36,390 nucleotides of DNA from Chryseobacterium gleum (GCA_945897395.1 CAMDFE010000001.1:1-36390), one strand, 5' to 3'. Positions 18,613-27,023 are shown, numbered from the stretch's first letter. Numbers and translations are program-made. Notes: a model not told the origin generated them from the letters alone.

Positions 18613-19269
18613 ATGACTATTCACAAAGAGGGTTTTAAGATTTTAGGCGGAACACTTTTAGTTTCTACAATACTTGTTGGCGGCGCCTTTTTGATGTTCG
18701 ATGCTGCTTTAGTCTGGATATTAACAGCTGTAGCATGTGGTATAGTATTCTTGCTGTTTTTGCAATTCTTCCGATTGCCTCATCGTGTGAATTGCGCCGA
18801 GGCCAATGAATTGGTTGCTCCTTGTGATGGAAAGGTAGTAGTTATTGAAGAGGTAGAAGAACCGGAGTATTTTCAGGGTAAAAGAATTCAGGTTTCCATT
18901 TTTATGTCGCCGTTAAATGTCCATGCGAATTGGACCCCGTGTTCTGGAGAAGTGAAATATTTCAAATATCATCCAGGATTGTTTTTGGTTGCCTGGCATC
19001 CAAAGAGCAGTACTGAGAATGAGCGCACAACGGTTGTTGTAGAGCATGCTCTTGGAAAAGATGTTTTGCTACGACAAGTTGCTGGAGCAGTAGCGCGGAG
19101 AATTGTTTGGTATGTGAATGCTGGCGATAAACTTCAAACAAACGATCAATTCGGTTTTATTAAGTTTGGAAGTCGCGTTGATTTGTACTTCCCTTTGGGA
19201 ACAGAGATTGTAGCGAACATAGACGATGTTACGAAAGGAAATGAAACGGTGATTGCTCGTTGGAAATAA
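18613..19269 (+). CDS. psd: Phosphatidylserine decarboxylase proenzyme (short, membrane-anchored type)
   Basis: The sequence has N-terminal TM segments, ...VAPCDGKV... and the self-cleavage motif ...GFIKFGSRVDLYFP (G-S pyruvoyl site). The ATG is 1 nt after the cdsA stop. Confidence 0.88.
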   Translation: MTIHKEGFKILGGTLLVSTILVGGAFLMFDAALVWILTAVACGIVFLLFLQFFRLPHRVNCAEANELVAPCDGKVVVIEEVEEPEYFQGKRIQVSIFMSPLNVHANWTPCSGEVKYFKYHPGLFLVAWHPKSSTENERTTVVVEHALGKDVLLRQVAGAVARRIVWYVNAGDKLQTNDQFGFIKFGSRVDLYFPLGTEIVANIDDVTKGNETVIARWK

Positions 19270-19293
19270 TCTCACGAAGGAATTTAGTGAAAT

Positions 19294-19324
19294 AAAAAAA
19301 GGTCTGAAATTTCAGACCTTTTTT
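19294..19324. terminator. Bidirectional rho-independent terminator (psd on +, giant-gene/DUF1573 transcription unit on -)
   Basis: The sequence is A7-GGTCTGAAATTTCAGACC-T6, a perfect palindrome flanked by A and T runs, between convergent stops at 19267-19269 (+) and 19340-19342 (-). Confidence 0.75.
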
Positions 19325-19339
19325 ATGCTTGATTATTTA

Positions 19340-19801
19340 TTAGTTGTTTGGAGCACCACCTTGCTCTTTCACTGGAGCACCACCTGGTGTGCCTGGAGCA
19401 GGAGCATTTGGATCTGCTTCAACATTTCCTTTGATGCGAACAACTTTAACAGGCTCATTCACCGCGTTAGAATTGATGGTAACTGATTTGTTAATTGGGC
19501 CAGGACGCTTTGTATCATACTTTACTTGAATCATTGAAGATCCGCCAGGAAGAATTGGAGTCGTGTCACATGTTGGAACCGTACATCCGCAAGAACCTTT
19601 GCATTTGCTTAAAGTCAAGGGCTCAGTTCCTGAATTAGTTACTTTGAATTCACATGCACCGTTTCCACCGAAGGCAACAGTTCCATAATCGTGAACTTCT
19701 TTATCAACGGTAATGGCTGGACCAGTTACCAATTGAGCTTGAGCGTTTGCCGAAATTGCAAAACCAATTGCAATGGCGAAAGATAAAATTACTTTTTTCA
19801 T
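19340..19801 (-). CDS. DUF1573 domain-containing secreted protein (Cys-rich variant, Pro/Gly-rich C-terminal tail)
   Basis: Signal peptide MKKVILSFAIAIGFAISANAQ. The DUF1573 pattern is ...VDKEVHDYGTV..G....CEFKVTNSGTEPLTLSKCKGSCGCTVPTCD...PGGSSMIQVKYDT......NKSVTINSN.....KVVRIKGNV. Confidence 0.8.
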   Translation of the reverse strand: MKKVILSFAIAIGFAISANAQAQLVTGPAITVDKEVHDYGTVAFGGNGACEFKVTNSGTEPLTLSKCKGSCGCTVPTCDTTPILPGGSSMIQVKYDTKRPGPINKSVTINSNAVNEPVKVVRIKGNVEADPNAPAPGTPGGAPVKEQGGAPNN

Positions 19802-19819
19802 ACTATTCTGTTTTTCTAA

Positions 19820-20230
19820 TTATTCGATGACTTCACCTTTGATGGTTAAAACGGTTGGCTTTGCTTCTGGATTGTTCCAGTTAACCATAACTGTTTTCGT
19901 GAAAGGACCCATTCTATTCGTATCGTAATGAATAGTAATTGCTTGGCTTTTACCTGGCTCAATGGTAGAGTTCGGGTCACATTTAGGAGTTGTGCATCCG
20001 CAAGAACCTTGACATGAGCTGATGATCAGATTTTGATCTCCAGTGTTAGATAATTCGAATGTACAATTACCATCAGAACCTTTTTTAACTTGACCGTAGT
20101 TGTTTTCCATTTTATCAGGAGTTAACATAGGTGCACCAAAAGTTGTGATTTTTCCAGGCTGCGCTTCAGCACATCCAGCAAGCCCTAAGAAGAAGGCCAC
20201 TGCAGCAAAAAGGGTAAAATTGATTTTCAT
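19820..20230 (-). CDS. DUF1573 domain-containing lipoprotein (Cys-rich variant)
   Basis: Lipobox ...FLGLAGC at the end of the signal peptide. The DUF1573 pattern is ...NNYGQVKKGSDGNCTFELSNTGDQNLIISSCQGSCGCTTPKCD...PGKSQAITIHYDT......TKTVMVNWN....KPTVLTIKGEV. It is a paralog of 19340..19801. Confidence 0.8.
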   Translation of the reverse strand: MKINFTLFAAVAFFLGLAGCAEAQPGKITTFGAPMLTPDKMENNYGQVKKGSDGNCTFELSNTGDQNLIISSCQGSCGCTTPKCDPNSTIEPGKSQAITIHYDTNRMGPFTKTVMVNWNNPEAKPTVLTIKGEVIE

Positions 20231-20277
20231 ATTATTTATTGTAAGTTTTCAAATATCGGTTAGAATTTTTAAAATCC

Positions 20278-23200
20278 CTAGTGGTTAACTAAAAGCGTGC
20301 CACTTCGATGTATTTTATTAGAGGTTTCAGTAATTGTATACATTCCATTCGAAAAACATGCGGTGTTAATCGTTCTGACTTTGCCTGTGCTGGATTCTCT
20401 GAATATAAGTCTTCCTTGCGTATCTCTTATTTCAAGCGTGCTTGCGGGCAAAAGTCCGGTAATATTAAGGATGTCTTGAGTAGGGTTGGGATAAAGTTTG
20501 AAAGAAACATTTGTCTCTTCAAAGGTTGAAGTCAAAAATGAATTAGCCGAACACCCGAATTCGTTGATGTAGTCGCAAGAGAAGAATTGGCCCAGTGAAT
20601 CGGGAACACTTATTAAGGAATCAACTGTTAATGTTCCATCGATGATCCACGTGACATTGTCTTGATTTGCGCAATTCGTGCATGTTACAAAGCCGTTTTC
20701 AAATATTAATTCCGGCACTGACCCTCCGTTAACTGTGATTGATGTGGCGGGACTGTTTGCGCTTGAATTTCCAAGCGTACATGTTAAATAAGGCGAATAT
20801 GTGTTTGCTGAAGTGTAATTGAAATCATAGGTTTCGAGATACGAAAGAGGAATATTACCGTTACCGTTTCCTAAGAAAAGTTCGCAAGAAAGTCCGTTAA
20901 TATAATCTGTTGTATTTATGAATGAAGCGAATAATGGTGCGCAGCCTTCTGTTGGAGTGAAGTTAAATGAGGGTTGGATGACCAGAAGTGGAGCTGACAT
21001 TTGGGAGAGGCATCCTTGGGTTGAAACAGACTGTGCGGTAAAGTATCCATTTTGATAAATGCCGGATTGAAACGTGCCGACAACTGAAGTCCCTTGAGCG
21101 AAAGGACTATTGTCTAAGTAATATTGTGTAACAAGCCCAGCGCAATTAGAACATAAGACAGCTCCGTATGCTGAAGTAAGCAGAGGTGCGGGTGCATTAG
21201 GAAATACTGTAACATTGGGCCCATTGGCTGTGAAGGTTGCGCCATCGAGAGTACATGAAATCGAAGTGGTGTAAGCTCCGTTAATGGAGTAGTTCAGCGT
21301 ATTGGAATTATTCAGCCCGTAATCTATTCCGTTGGTCTGAATCACGCAAGTCATACCGTCAAACGAAGGTGTAGTGTTCGTCGCTTGAACGCTTAATGGT
21401 CCGCATCCTTCGTTAGAGCTAAGGGTAAACGAAGGGAAGATTTGAAGAAGACTATCAGTGTTTACTGTGCAACCGAATTCGTTGGTTATGGTTCCGAAGA
21501 AATAACCACTTAGACTGCTTGTTCCAATATTCAAAGGATTGGTGTTTATGTTCAAGCTTGTGCCATTGAGAGTCCAGACAATTGAATTGTTCGCTGGTAA
21601 ATTGTTTGCCGATATAAATCCAGCGTTGTAGCTCAAGGAGCTAGGTGTTGGGTTAGGAAATACAGTGATAACGGAATCGCTGAAAGTTGCGGAAACACTA
21701 CCAATCGAACAAGTCATTTCAGGAGCGTAATTACCCGGGTCGTTGTAGTTCAATTGAGCCGTTATATTGAATGGAGTAATGGCCCCACCAATTCCGTCTG
21801 CAATGCTGCAAGTCATTCCGTTTAATGGATCTGTTGTGTTTGAAAGCACTGCCACCAATGGTCCGCAACCTTCTCCAACAACAACACTGTAATTCGGTTG
21901 AATGACAAGCAAAGGTTCACTTGTTGATTCGCAGCCGTTAACATCTGTGTAGGTTGCAGTGTAGTATCCATTGTCAAAAATTCCGTTTATAAAAGTTGAA
22001 ATGGAGTTTGTTGAAGCATTCAAGTTGTTCCCGTCTAAGCTCCACGAAACGTTATAATCAAGACTGTTGTTAGTCGCGTTCACTAGGCCATATGAAGACG
22101 TTAGGATAGGTGAAGTTGGATTGCTAAACACGGTAATAACAGGGTCGCTGAATGTTCCGGAAATAACTCCAACTGAACAAGTCATTTCAGGAGCGAAGTT
22201 ACCAGCGTCATTGTAATTTAATTGTACCGTTGAGTTGAACGGAATACTTGACCCTCCATTTCCGTTTGCAATGTTGCAAGTCATTCCAACTATAGGGTCA
22301 GTGGTATTGGAAAGCATTGCCACCAATGGCGCACAACCTTCTCCGGTAATAACACTATAATTAGGTTGAATAACTAATAAAGGCACTCCTGTAGTGATAC
22401 ATCCGTTTGCGTCTGTATAAGTTGCAGCGTAGTATCCATTGTCAAAAATTCCATTTATAAAAGTTGAAATGGAGTTCGATGATAAATTCAAATTATTCCC
22501 ATCGAGGTTCCACGCAACGTTATAACCAAGACTGTTGTTTGTTGCATTCACTTGTCCGTATGTGGAAGATAGGGCTGGAGCAATAGGATGGCTGAACACA
22601 GTAATTGGATCAAGAGTATAGGTGCTGGAATAAATCCCGGAGTGACAGTATAAAGTGGGTTGATATATTCCCGGGTCGTTGAATGTAAAATCAATGGAAA
22701 CATCTATTGGAGAATAGTCGAGTCCGGGTAAAAGAATTTCACATTGAATACCAGCCGGCATAGAGGTGTTATTCGTAATTGTTGTGCTAAGCGGAGAGCA
22801 ACCGGAAGAAACTGATGTTGTGGCATTGATTTCTAGAACGAAATAATATCCTGTGTCGGAAGTGCAACCGAATTCGTTCGTGTAAACAGCTGAATAATTT
22901 CCGTTTTGAAAATTGTTATTGAAGTAGGTACTTATGCTTTGCGCTGATGAACTCACATTTAATGGTGCGCCATTCAAGAACCATTGAATGCTATTTCCAG
23001 TGTTATTTGTTGCCTGAATTGCATTTGCACTATAATTCAATACAGGAGTAGCTGGAATTGCATGTGACACGACAGGAAGATTATTCAAAGAATAGTAATT
23101 GTTCCCAAAAGCGCTGCAAACTTCAACCACAGTAAAGTTCTCAGGCGCTGTCATTGAGTAGGAATAAGGAGAGATAAAATAATTTCCTGTGACATTTGAA

Positions 23201-26200
23201 TTTTCGAAATGACAATTTAAGGTTTGGCTTGAAACAGTTGTGTTTTCAAAAAGTACTTCGTTGGGTCCGCAGGTTGAATTTTGTGACGTTTGATAAGTTG
23301 GAATCACGAAATAAATAGAGTCGGAGTTACTGGTGCATCCGAATTCATTTGTGATTTGAACATGGTAAAAACCATCTCCCGTATATCCTTGCGCCGCGTC
23401 AATTGATTGTCCGGTATACTCGGTGGGCGTTTGGTTGAAAAACCAATGAAGTGTATTGGTTGAAACTGTTGAAATAAACAGATTTGGAAAGTTTAGATTG
23501 ATGCTGCTAACAGCTGGGGAGCTATATACTGTAATAGGGGCTGCAGTGGCTGAAGAAACTTGCGAACCCTGAATTATAGTTAGTTCAATAGAATAAATGC
23601 TAGCGTCTGAATAGAGGTGTGTATAAAAGGGCGCGCAATAATTTAAAATTGTACCGTCGCCGAAATCAATAATGCATGAATCAAGAAGCGAGTATTGTGT
23701 TTGATTGTATGCAATTAAAGTATCTGAAAGGCATAAAGCACTGTTAGAAACATCTATAGCTGCAGTGTTATATTCGCAGCTGAAGTCGTCTGTATTCGCG
23801 GAAGGGTCAAAGTTGTTGGCAAATGGATCAGTGCAACCGAAGTATATGCAACTTTGGTCGCTGGTGTTCGCGAGAGGATTGAAATTGTCTGCATTCAAGT
23901 CTAGGCAACCATAAATAATACAACTTCCATTTTCAAGATTTGCTAGAGGGTTGAAATTCGAAGCGATTGGATTTGTGCAACCGGGTATAATGCAAATTGG
24001 ATCAATTCCATTGCAATCTTCATCGATTCCGTTTCCACAGATTTCTATTGCACCTAAGTTTACCGTGGGATTGGAATCGTTGCAGTCTCCGAGAATACCT
24101 CCAGTAGTGGTGTAATTGATTCCTTGAGAGGAGCAAGCGCTAAGGGAAGAAAGGTAATATCCATCGTTATCAGCATCGAGGTAATAGGTAAGAAAAACAA
24201 TCCCCTCATTAATAAGACCATTGCAGTTGTCGTCTATTGCATTGCAGATTTCGGGTGCTGCAGGGTTAATTGCAGCGTTTGAATTTATGCAGTCGGTATT
24301 ATTTGAAACGTAACCTGCGCCTGGATTTGAGCATGAGCTTGTTGCTGAACCTGCACCGAAACCATCTGAATCGGTATCTATATAATAATTCACGAATGTC
24401 AGTTCGTCGTCAATTAAATTGTTACAGTTATCGTCAATAGCATTGCATATTTCTGTTGTCCCGGGTCTTATGGCTGCGTTTGTATTGTTGCAATCGGTGT
24501 TGTTTGTGACGTAACCTGCACCAGGGCTTGAACAAGAGTTTATCGCAGTTCCAGCGCCATACCCATCACCATCCGTGTCAATGTAATAATTAACGAAAGT
24601 TATTCCGTCATCAATAAGGGTGTTACAGTTGTCGTCAATTGAATTACAAATTTCACTAGCGTTGGGTCGAATGTTCGCGTTGTTATTGTTGCAGTCCAAA
24701 TTGTTCGTAACGAAGTTGCCGAAAATAGGCGTGCATGAACTGGTTGGCGTTCCAGCACCGAATCCATCTTGATCGGTATCGATATAGTACTTCGCGAATA
24801 CGAGGCCCTCGTTCACTTGACCATTACAATTATCGTCGACAAGGTTGCACAATTCGGCAGCACCTGGTTTTATAATAGCATTCGCATCGTTGCAATCACT
24901 GTTGTTTGTAACATATCCCGCTGGTGGAGAGCAGTCACTCAAACTTGCATTCGGATTTCCAAATCCATCACCGTCGCTGTCTGCGTAGTAAGTAAGGAAT
25001 GTGATTCCTTCATTAATTTGACCGTTACAATTGTCATCAATGGTATTGCAAATTTCTGTTGCAGTTGGGCGAACGTTCGCATTGTTGTCGTTACAGTCTG
25101 TTGAGTTTGTAACGTAGCCCACCGAAACGTAGCAAGAAGATTGTGATATCAGAGGATTTCCGAATCCATCCACATCGGCATCTGCATAATACGTAATAGG
25201 CATAATACAACTTCCATCGTTAACAGTTGCAATACTAGAATAATTGCAGGCGGTGGGAATGGTGCAGCCATTCACAACACAGGATCCGTCATACCAAGTT
25301 GCATTTGCATTGTAATTGGAAGACGCTGAGTATATGCATCCCGGAATATCACAAGAGCCATCGTCAATATTAGCTGTTGCGAGGTAGTTATTAGCGAGTG
25401 GGTTTGTGCAGCCTGGAGTTTGTGCCGAAGTAAATAAGTTCATTCTTACCACGGGCATTTTAGCCATGAAGAAGAGCCCGTTGTTTTCGGGGTAGCGGAC
25501 GAAACTCGTTTGATCAATTGCTGCTCCGCTGCGGCAAACTTTGAGTCCTTGAGATCCAACGGTGTTTCCAACCATTACAATATAAACGCTATCGGCGTAC
25601 AATGTGAGTGGAGTAGGTAACTGAAGTGTAATTAATCTTTGTTGCCCTATTGCATTGATGTCCCATGCATTTACAGGATACACCACAGAAGTTGCTTGAA
25701 GATTTGTAAAATCGTTTTTGTAAATTGTAGCTTGAATGGTGGTTCCAATAGCGGTTCCTGGACCAACAGCAACTGCAATGGAGGTGCACTTTACTGTGTT
25801 GGATCTGCCTTCGAAAATATTTCCAACTTGATGAGTTTGCCCGGTGTATAGCGCGCTAGGGGTGAAGGCATCTTCCATTGGTCCTTCATCGCGGGCATAT
25901 TCGTAATCCGTTATGTAGTAATCCAGCGTGTCTTTGTTGTTGCCAGGGGCTTCGTCGGTTTGTGTTTGATTGATTTGATAAGTAATTCTGTAATACCCTG
26001 TAGTAACGCTAGGTGTGAATCCGGTGGTTAGTGTATAAGTGGCTGTGGCACCGGCAACAACATTTGAGTTAGCTGTTGTCTGGTTGTACAGAGCGGTATT
26101 GGCCGCGTTAAGCACCTTCACGTTAAGATTAGAGGCCGTTTGTGTGGCACTTCCGATATTCGTTGCTTTTGCGTTGAATTTGAAAGGGACCAGCATCGTT

Positions 26201-26943
26201 TTTGGATAACGATCATAGGGTAAATCGTGAAAGTCGTTTGGAGGAACGGGAGTGGTATTTCCAAATGTGATGTACCGCGTATTATTAATGGAAAGATTGT
26301 TAATGCTAGGCTTGAAGACGGTAATGTCGTCAATGGCCCAGTGATAGTAGCTTCCGGAATATAAAAAACGAAGTTTAACATTTGCTTGTCCAATAGCCCC
26401 AGATGGAAATGTTGCCGATTTCCATTCTGCCGTAGCTCCAGGAAAATCAGATTGAGTAAGCATATCTATCCAAGTGGTTCCATTGTTAATGGAGTATTGA
26501 ACTTTTATTGTAGAGCTGTAATTTCTGAATTGTTGCTGATAGGTGACCACGGCTCCGGTTACTCCGGTTAATGAAAAAGAGTTTGAAATGAGCCACGCAG
26601 TGTGAGGACCTGGGTCAGGACCAGTTCCGAATCCGCCGCATTGATTGTCGTTATCGTCCCAATAATTCGAATCGAAAATCATGAACCCATTGCCTTGGGA
26701 AACGGAATTGAAGGCAGAACTTCCCCCTGCACATGAACCTCGCGAGGTAATTGCATTGCTAGGAACAGTGCTAGGACCGCGGTATTCCCAAACGCCAATA
26801 TTTGAAGTACTACCATTTGTCCAGGTGGTAGGAAGACCTCCAGAAAAATCCCAACTATACAAGGGAATGCCCAACACTTGCGCAAAGGATTGTATTTGCG
26901 AAGTGCAAATAAGACAAAGCGTAATAACGGCGCGGTTTAGCAT
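20278..26943 (-). CDS. Giant (2221 aa) modular, cysteine-rich T9SS cargo / cell-surface protein
   Basis: One uninterrupted ORF. It has signal peptide MLNRAVITLCLICTSQIQSFAQ and a ~500-aa N-terminal region related to the two smaller T9SS proteins. Next come 3x 24-aa GCTxPxAxNYxxxAxxDDGSC motifs, 7x ~63-aa YYxDxDxDGFG...CNDxNAxxxPxAxExCNxxDDNCNG (MopE-like putative metal-binding) repeats and 3x 24-aa motifs again. Seven ~155-aa bipartite units follow (PKD-like 'GCxPLxVxxxNTT...ITVF' plus 'NEFGC' module). The C-terminus is a T9SS sorting domain ...FKLYPNPTQDILNITGLLPASTLEIRDTQGRLIF...GMYTITE.... Confidence 0.88.
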   Translation of the reverse strand: MLNRAVITLCLICTSQIQSFAQVLGIPLYSWDFSGGLPTTWTNGSTSNIGVWEYRGPSTVPSNAITSRGSCAGGSSAFNSVSQGNGFMIFDSNYWDDNDNQCGGFGTGPDPGPHTAWLISNSFSLTGVTGAVVTYQQQFRNYSSTIKVQYSINNGTTWIDMLTQSDFPGATAEWKSATFPSGAIGQANVKLRFLYSGSYYHWAIDDITVFKPSINNLSINNTRYITFGNTTPVPPNDFHDLPYDRYPKTMLVPFKFNAKATNIGSATQTASNLNVKVLNAANTALYNQTTANSNVVAGATATYTLTTGFTPSVTTGYYRITYQINQTQTDEAPGNNKDTLDYYITDYEYARDEGPMEDAFTPSALYTGQTHQVGNIFEGRSNTVKCTSIAVAVGPGTAIGTTIQATIYKNDFTNLQATSVVYPVNAWDINAIGQQRLITLQLPTPLTLYADSVYIVMVGNTVGSQGLKVCRSGAAIDQTSFVRYPENNGLFFMAKMPVVRMNLFTSAQTPGCTNPLANNYLATANIDDGSCDIPGCIYSASSNYNANATWYDGSCVVNGCTIPTACNYSSIATVNDGSCIMPITYYADADVDGFGNPLISQSSCYVSVGYVTNSTDCNDNNANVRPTATEICNTIDDNCNGQINEGITFLTYYADSDGDGFGNPNASLSDCSPPAGYVTNNSDCNDANAIIKPGAAELCNLVDDNCNGQVNEGLVFAKYYIDTDQDGFGAGTPTSSCTPIFGNFVTNNLDCNNNNANIRPNASEICNSIDDNCNTLIDDGITFVNYYIDTDGDGYGAGTAINSCSSPGAGYVTNNTDCNNTNAAIRPGTTEICNAIDDNCNNLIDDELTFVNYYIDTDSDGFGAGSATSSCSNPGAGYVSNNTDCINSNAAINPAAPEICNAIDDNCNGLINEGIVFLTYYLDADNDGYYLSSLSACSSQGINYTTTGGILGDCNDSNPTVNLGAIEICGNGIDEDCNGIDPICIIPGCTNPIASNFNPLANLENGSCIIYGCLDLNADNFNPLANTSDQSCIYFGCTDPFANNFDPSANTDDFSCEYNTAAIDVSNSALCLSDTLIAYNQTQYSLLDSCIIDFGDGTILNYCAPFYTHLYSDASIYSIELTIIQGSQVSSATAAPITVYSSPAVSSINLNFPNLFISTVSTNTLHWFFNQTPTEYTGQSIDAAQGYTGDGFYHVQITNEFGCTSNSDSIYFVIPTYQTSQNSTCGPNEVLFENTTVSSQTLNCHFENSNVTGNYFISPYSYSMTAPENFTVVEVCSAFGNNYYSLNNLPVVSHAIPATPVLNYSANAIQATNNTGNSIQWFLNGAPLNVSSSAQSISTYFNNNFQNGNYSAVYTNEFGCTSDTGYYFVLEINATTSVSSGCSPLSTTITNNTSMPAGIQCEILLPGLDYSPIDVSIDFTFNDPGIYQPTLYCHSGIYSSTYTLDPITVFSHPIAPALSSTYGQVNATNNSLGYNVAWNLDGNNLNLSSNSISTFINGIFDNGYYAATYTDANGCITTGVPLLVIQPNYSVITGEGCAPLVAMLSNTTDPIVGMTCNIANGNGGSSIPFNSTVQLNYNDAGNFAPEMTCSVGVISGTFSDPVITVFSNPTSPILTSSYGLVNATNNSLDYNVSWSLDGNNLNASTNSISTFINGIFDNGYYTATYTDVNGCESTSEPLLVIQPNYSVVVGEGCGPLVAVLSNTTDPLNGMTCSIADGIGGAITPFNITAQLNYNDPGNYAPEMTCSIGSVSATFSDSVITVFPNPTPSSLSYNAGFISANNLPANNSIVWTLNGTSLNINTNPLNIGTSSLSGYFFGTITNEFGCTVNTDSLLQIFPSFTLSSNEGCGPLSVQATNTTPSFDGMTCVIQTNGIDYGLNNSNTLNYSINGAYTTSISCTLDGATFTANGPNVTVFPNAPAPLLTSAYGAVLCSNCAGLVTQYYLDNSPFAQGTSVVGTFQSGIYQNGYFTAQSVSTQGCLSQMSAPLLVIQPSFNFTPTEGCAPLFASFINTTDYINGLSCELFLGNGNGNIPLSYLETYDFNYTSANTYSPYLTCTLGNSSANSPATSITVNGGSVPELIFENGFVTCTNCANQDNVTWIIDGTLTVDSLISVPDSLGQFFSCDYINEFGCSANSFLTSTFEETNVSFKLYPNPTQDILNITGLLPASTLEIRDTQGRLIFRESSTGKVRTINTACFSNGMYTITETSNKIHRSGTLLVNH
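20281..20510 (-). other. T9SS (Por) C-terminal sorting domain of the giant protein
   Basis: The last ~75 aa (KLYPNPTQDILNI...LEIRDTQGRLI...NGMYTITE...GTLLVNH) fit the conserved type-A C-terminal domain pattern also seen at the C-termini of 682..2622 and 2741..4636. Confidence 0.8.
21655..22590 (-). repeat. Two tandem copies of a 468-nt (156-codon) unit with high nucleotide identity inside the giant gene
   Basis: GTAGTATCCATTGTCAAAAATTCC..TTTATAAAAGTTGAAATGGAGTT... occurs at 21961 and again at 22429, an offset of exactly 468 nt. The encoded units are nearly identical (...SSTYGQVNATNNSLGYNVAWNLDGNNLN...VITVFSN vs ...SSYGLVNATNNSLDYNVSWSLDGNNLN...VITVFPN). More diverged copies flank them across ~20510-23770. 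Confidence 0.85.
23770..23990 (-). repeat. Three tandem 24-aa Cys-bracketed motifs, C-terminal flank of the MopE-like array
   Basis: PGCTNPIASNFNPLANLENGSCII / YGCLDLNADNFNPLANTSDQSCIY / FGCTDPFANNFDPSANTDDFSCEY. Confidence 0.75.
24000..25200 (-). repeat. Seven tandem ~190-nt coding repeats (MopE-like putative metal-binding / Cys-rich DxDxDG motif units)
   Basis: The periodic protein motif YY[AIL]D[AST]D[VGQSN]DG[FY]G....C.....GYV.N..DCN[DN].NA...P...E.CN..DDNCN....[DE]G is seen seven times in the translation. Confidence 0.8.
25200..25416 (-). repeat. Three tandem 24-aa Cys-bracketed motifs (GCTNPLANNYLATANIDDGSC type), N-terminal flank of the MopE-like array
   Basis: PGCTNPLANNYLATANIDDGSCDI / PGCIYSASSNYNANATWYDGSCVV / NGCTIPTACNYSSIATVNDGSCIM. 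Confidence 0.75.
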
Positions 26944-26948
26944 ACCCT

Positions 26949-26956
26949 CAAAAATA
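26949..26956 (-). promoter_or_regulatory. Candidate -7 box (TATTTTTG) for the giant gene, with an upstream TTG at about -33
   Basis: The - strand reads ...cTTGtttgtttaatcgatatgtccTATTTTTGagggtATG. The TAnnTTTG match is 5 nt upstream of the ATG, and the TTG lies 20 nt upstream of the box. Confidence 0.35.
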
Positions 26957-27023
26957 GGACATATCGATTAAACAAACAAGACTAATAAATCCTTTTTATT
27001 GAAGAGGTACTTGTTGAATAAGT

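Noticed and set aside
24769-25104. 111-aa ORF on the + strand antisense to the giant gene, plus similar ORFs at 23705..23914, 25639..25851, 26386..26571 and 26681..26971
   Set aside because: These lie entirely inside a strongly supported 6.7-kb CDS. The antisense strand of Asn/Asp/Cys/Gly-rich repeats is naturally poor in stop codons. The products are low-complexity and have no recognisable motifs.
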